From Actinomycetes bacterium (GTDB lineage Bacteria; Actinomycetota; Actinomycetes; Nanopelagicales; Nanopelagicaceae): DNA of 64,000 bases. The notes under the pieces were generated by a model that did no database searches, was not told the DNA's origin, and saw only the letters and a list, made by a program, of their open reading frames with translations. Below are positions 62,680 to 64,000 of this stretch, piece by piece (the stretch's first letter is position 1; every line of letters starts with the position of its first letter). The position numbers and the translations under genes were made by a program. Where the stretch lies: NCBI GenBank assembly GCA_025354785.1, contig JANXME010000326.1, positions 1,506 to 65,505 on the forward strand, written 5' to 3'.

Positions 62680-62753
62680 TGGGATTGGTGAGACTTGAAC
62701 TCACGACCTTGCGCTTAAAAGGCGCTTGCTCTAACCAACTAAGCTACAACCCC
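62680..62753 (-). tRNA. tRNA-Lys (UUU)
   Basis: GGGGTTG TA GCTT AGTTGGTTA GAGC A AGCGC CTTTTAA GCGCA AGGTC GTGAG TTCAAGT CTCAC CAATCCC A. Confidence 0.85.
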
Positions 62754-62775
62754 AAAACACCTAAATCATATTAAG

Positions 62776-62848
62776 TTGCACGTATCGGATTTGAACCAAT
62801 GTTTCCACTCTGTACGAATGGTATCCTAGACCTCTAGATGAACGTGAA
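62776..62848 (-). tRNA. tRNA-like gene, UAC (Val) anticodon position but G at position 33
   Basis: TTCACGT TC ATC TAGAGGTCTAG GAT A CCATT CGTACAG AGTGG AAAC ATTGG TTCAAAT CCGAT ACGTGCA A. 3-bp D stem, one acceptor mismatch. Confidence 0.55.
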
Positions 62849-62857
62849 CTTCTCTAT

Positions 62858-62895
62858 AGATGGGTACTATTCGAATCATAGTTAGTATCCCATCT
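62858..62895. repeat. long imperfect hairpin (AGATGGG..CCCATCT) around a TTCGAA core
   Basis: AGATGGGTACTATTCGAATCATAGTTAGTATCCCATCT. The AGATGGG word also occurs beside the tRNA fragment at 40771. Confidence 0.5.
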
Positions 62896-62907
62896 GTATT
62901 GCGAGAA

Positions 62908-62988
62908 TGGAAGTTGCAGGAATCGAACCTGCTTGTATTTCTACGTCCGATTTACAGTCGGGTGTCAAGTCCGTAAGACGGAACTTCC
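62908..62988 (-). tRNA. tRNA-Tyr (GUA), type II
   Basis: GGAAGTT CC GTC TTACGGACTT GAC A CCCGA CTGTAAA TCGGA CGTAGAAATACAA GCAGG TTCGATT CCTGC AACTTCC A. Confidence 0.85.
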
Positions 62989-63281
62989 GTAAATACTGCG
63001 CCCCAAACACCACCTCAACACCTCAAACGGTTGGTCAGTCTTATCCATGCGCCGGCCAACAGACACATGGGCTCGTGACTCTGTGGGTTTATAACGTGGC
63101 AGGTGCCACACTTAACAGTTTGTCACTATTTAGTACTCGTCTCGGCGTCTCAACCCGTCCGGATTCAACCCCGGACTAGCCACCTCTTCACTGGATGGCC
63201 CCAACTCCCCTGCGCAGTACCAGGGATTCGGTTCAAGTGTTATGTAGCTAGCGGAGGGCCGGTGCCCAGAGGCAATCGCAT
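62989..63281 (-). ncRNA. candidate structured non-coding RNA region 1 (class unknown)
   Basis: 293 nt between a CDS stop and tRNA-Tyr; about 56 percent G+C by hand count over 63001-63280. Helices GTCCGG-GGTTGAAT-CCGGAC, GCCATC..GGTGGC (G-U only on minus strand), GTGGC-ACCT-GCCAC, CCCTG..CAGGG, CCATG..CATGG. Terminal pairing CGCCCCAA/TTGGGGCG. Confidence 0.45.
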
Positions 63282-63653
63282 TTAATACTTGGGGCGGGTA
63301 GTGCCAACCGGTATGGTCAGATCCAGCGCTATGACTCTATCCGCAAATTGAAGATAGGACAATATTGATGCATCATCCATAAGCCGCAGATCACCAGCGG
63401 TAGATGATACGTTATCCAGATATGTTACATTAATTTGAAACAATCTGAGCGCTATTTCAATGCGATCAATCATAAACGTACACTCCAATTTAACCAAGGC
63501 AGCAACGATGGGAGTGGCTCCTGTACCCCACATTCGCGTGTAATCCTGCTGTACATCTACCTTCGCAGATTCAACTCTGCCACGTGAGGTCCCTCTCCCG
63601 AGCGTGTACACCCGGATCAGCCATGGCGCCATATGCGTGGTGACGGTCTGCAA
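63282..63653 (-). CDS. hypothetical protein
   Basis: 123-aa co-directional ORF. Confidence 0.5.
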   Translation of the reverse strand: MQTVTTHMAPWLIRVYTLGRGTSRGRVESAKVDVQQDYTRMWGTGATPIVAALVKLECTFMIDRIEIALRLFQINVTYLDNVSSTAGDLRLMDDASILSYLQFADRVIALDLTIPVGTTRPKY

Positions 63654-63731
63654 CTAGCGTCACTCCTAGTATCTTGTGAAAACTGTAATGCGGATACAAT
63701 AACATAATTGCTACAGACTCGTCGGCCTGCT

Positions 63732-64000
63732 ACCATTTTGCATGAAAACTTGTTCAAAATGTAGCAGCAGTGCCGGCCCATTTAAGGGAAGTTGCAACTA
63801 TTGTCAAAAATGTCAGAGTGAGTATTTCAAAGCTCGTTATCAACTAAAATACAAAGACAGTGTTAAGGAACATAAAAAGCAGCACATTAGAACTATTGTT
63901 GCCTATATTCAACAAGTTAAAGATGGCAAACCATGTTTAGATTGTGGGAAGCTATACCCATATTATGTAATGGACTTCGACCATGTGCGAGGGGAGAAAA
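63732..64000 (+). CDS. HNH endonuclease, family B (3' part beyond the right window edge)
   Basis: Hand translation MKTCSKCSSSAGPFKGSCNYCQKCQSEYF..KPCLDCGKLYPYYVMDFDHVRGEK; paralogue of 57596..58051. Confidence 0.75.

Noticed and set aside
62858-62895. Hairpin with a TTCGAA core considered as a tRNA or minihelix gene.
   Set aside because: It has only an acceptor-like stem plus one inner stem, with no D or anticodon arm. The palindromic core fits either strand. Recorded as a repeat only.
62989-63281. tmRNA or RNase P RNA identity for the 293-nt non-coding region.
   Set aside because: There is no tag reading frame and no terminal T arm followed by ACCA. The AGTCCGG segment pairs locally instead of forming a P4-like long-range helix. 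The class is left open rather than guessed.
1-64000. Searched by eye for CRISPR arrays, rRNA, integrase, transposase, reverse transcriptase and virion morphogenesis genes.
   Set aside because: None were recognised in this window. Absence of weak homologues cannot be proven without profile searches.

Overview
The window looks like part of a large dsDNA phage genome, covering replication, recombination, nucleotide metabolism and RNA maintenance. Coding is dense and almost entirely on the minus strand. Junctions are tight, often ATGA or TTGA stop/start overlaps. The plus-strand exceptions are five HNH endonuclease genes or remnants and one unassigned gene. Recognisable genes: DnaG-like primase, SF2 helicase, RuvC-like resolvase, RecA-like recombinase, class II ribonucleotide reductase, dCMP deaminase, a divergent PurA homologue (candidate PurZ), ATP-dependent DNA ligase, two RNA ligases (Rnl1- and Rnl2-like), Thg1-like enzyme, 2H phosphoesterase, PTH2 peptidyl-tRNA hydrolase, SpoU methyltransferase, a MoxR ATPase plus vWA-metallopeptidase pair, two further vWA proteins, metallophosphoesterases, a C39-like peptidase and three secreted or lipoprotein genes. 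Hand folding gives 7 canonical tRNAs (Pro, Ala, Gly, initiator-like Met, Arg, Lys, Tyr). It also gives several tRNA-shaped genes with non-canonical or absent anticodon loops, and two G+C-rich non-coding stretches of about 270-290 nt that share a hairpin with a compensatory base change. Other notable points are a family of at least 9 C2HC zinc-finger paralogues and two genes broken by single-site frameshifts. No rRNA, CRISPR array, integrase or transposase was seen. All RNA folds and domain calls were made by eye and need software confirmation. The ORF track writes TTG/GTG starts as M, so several starts were re-assigned.
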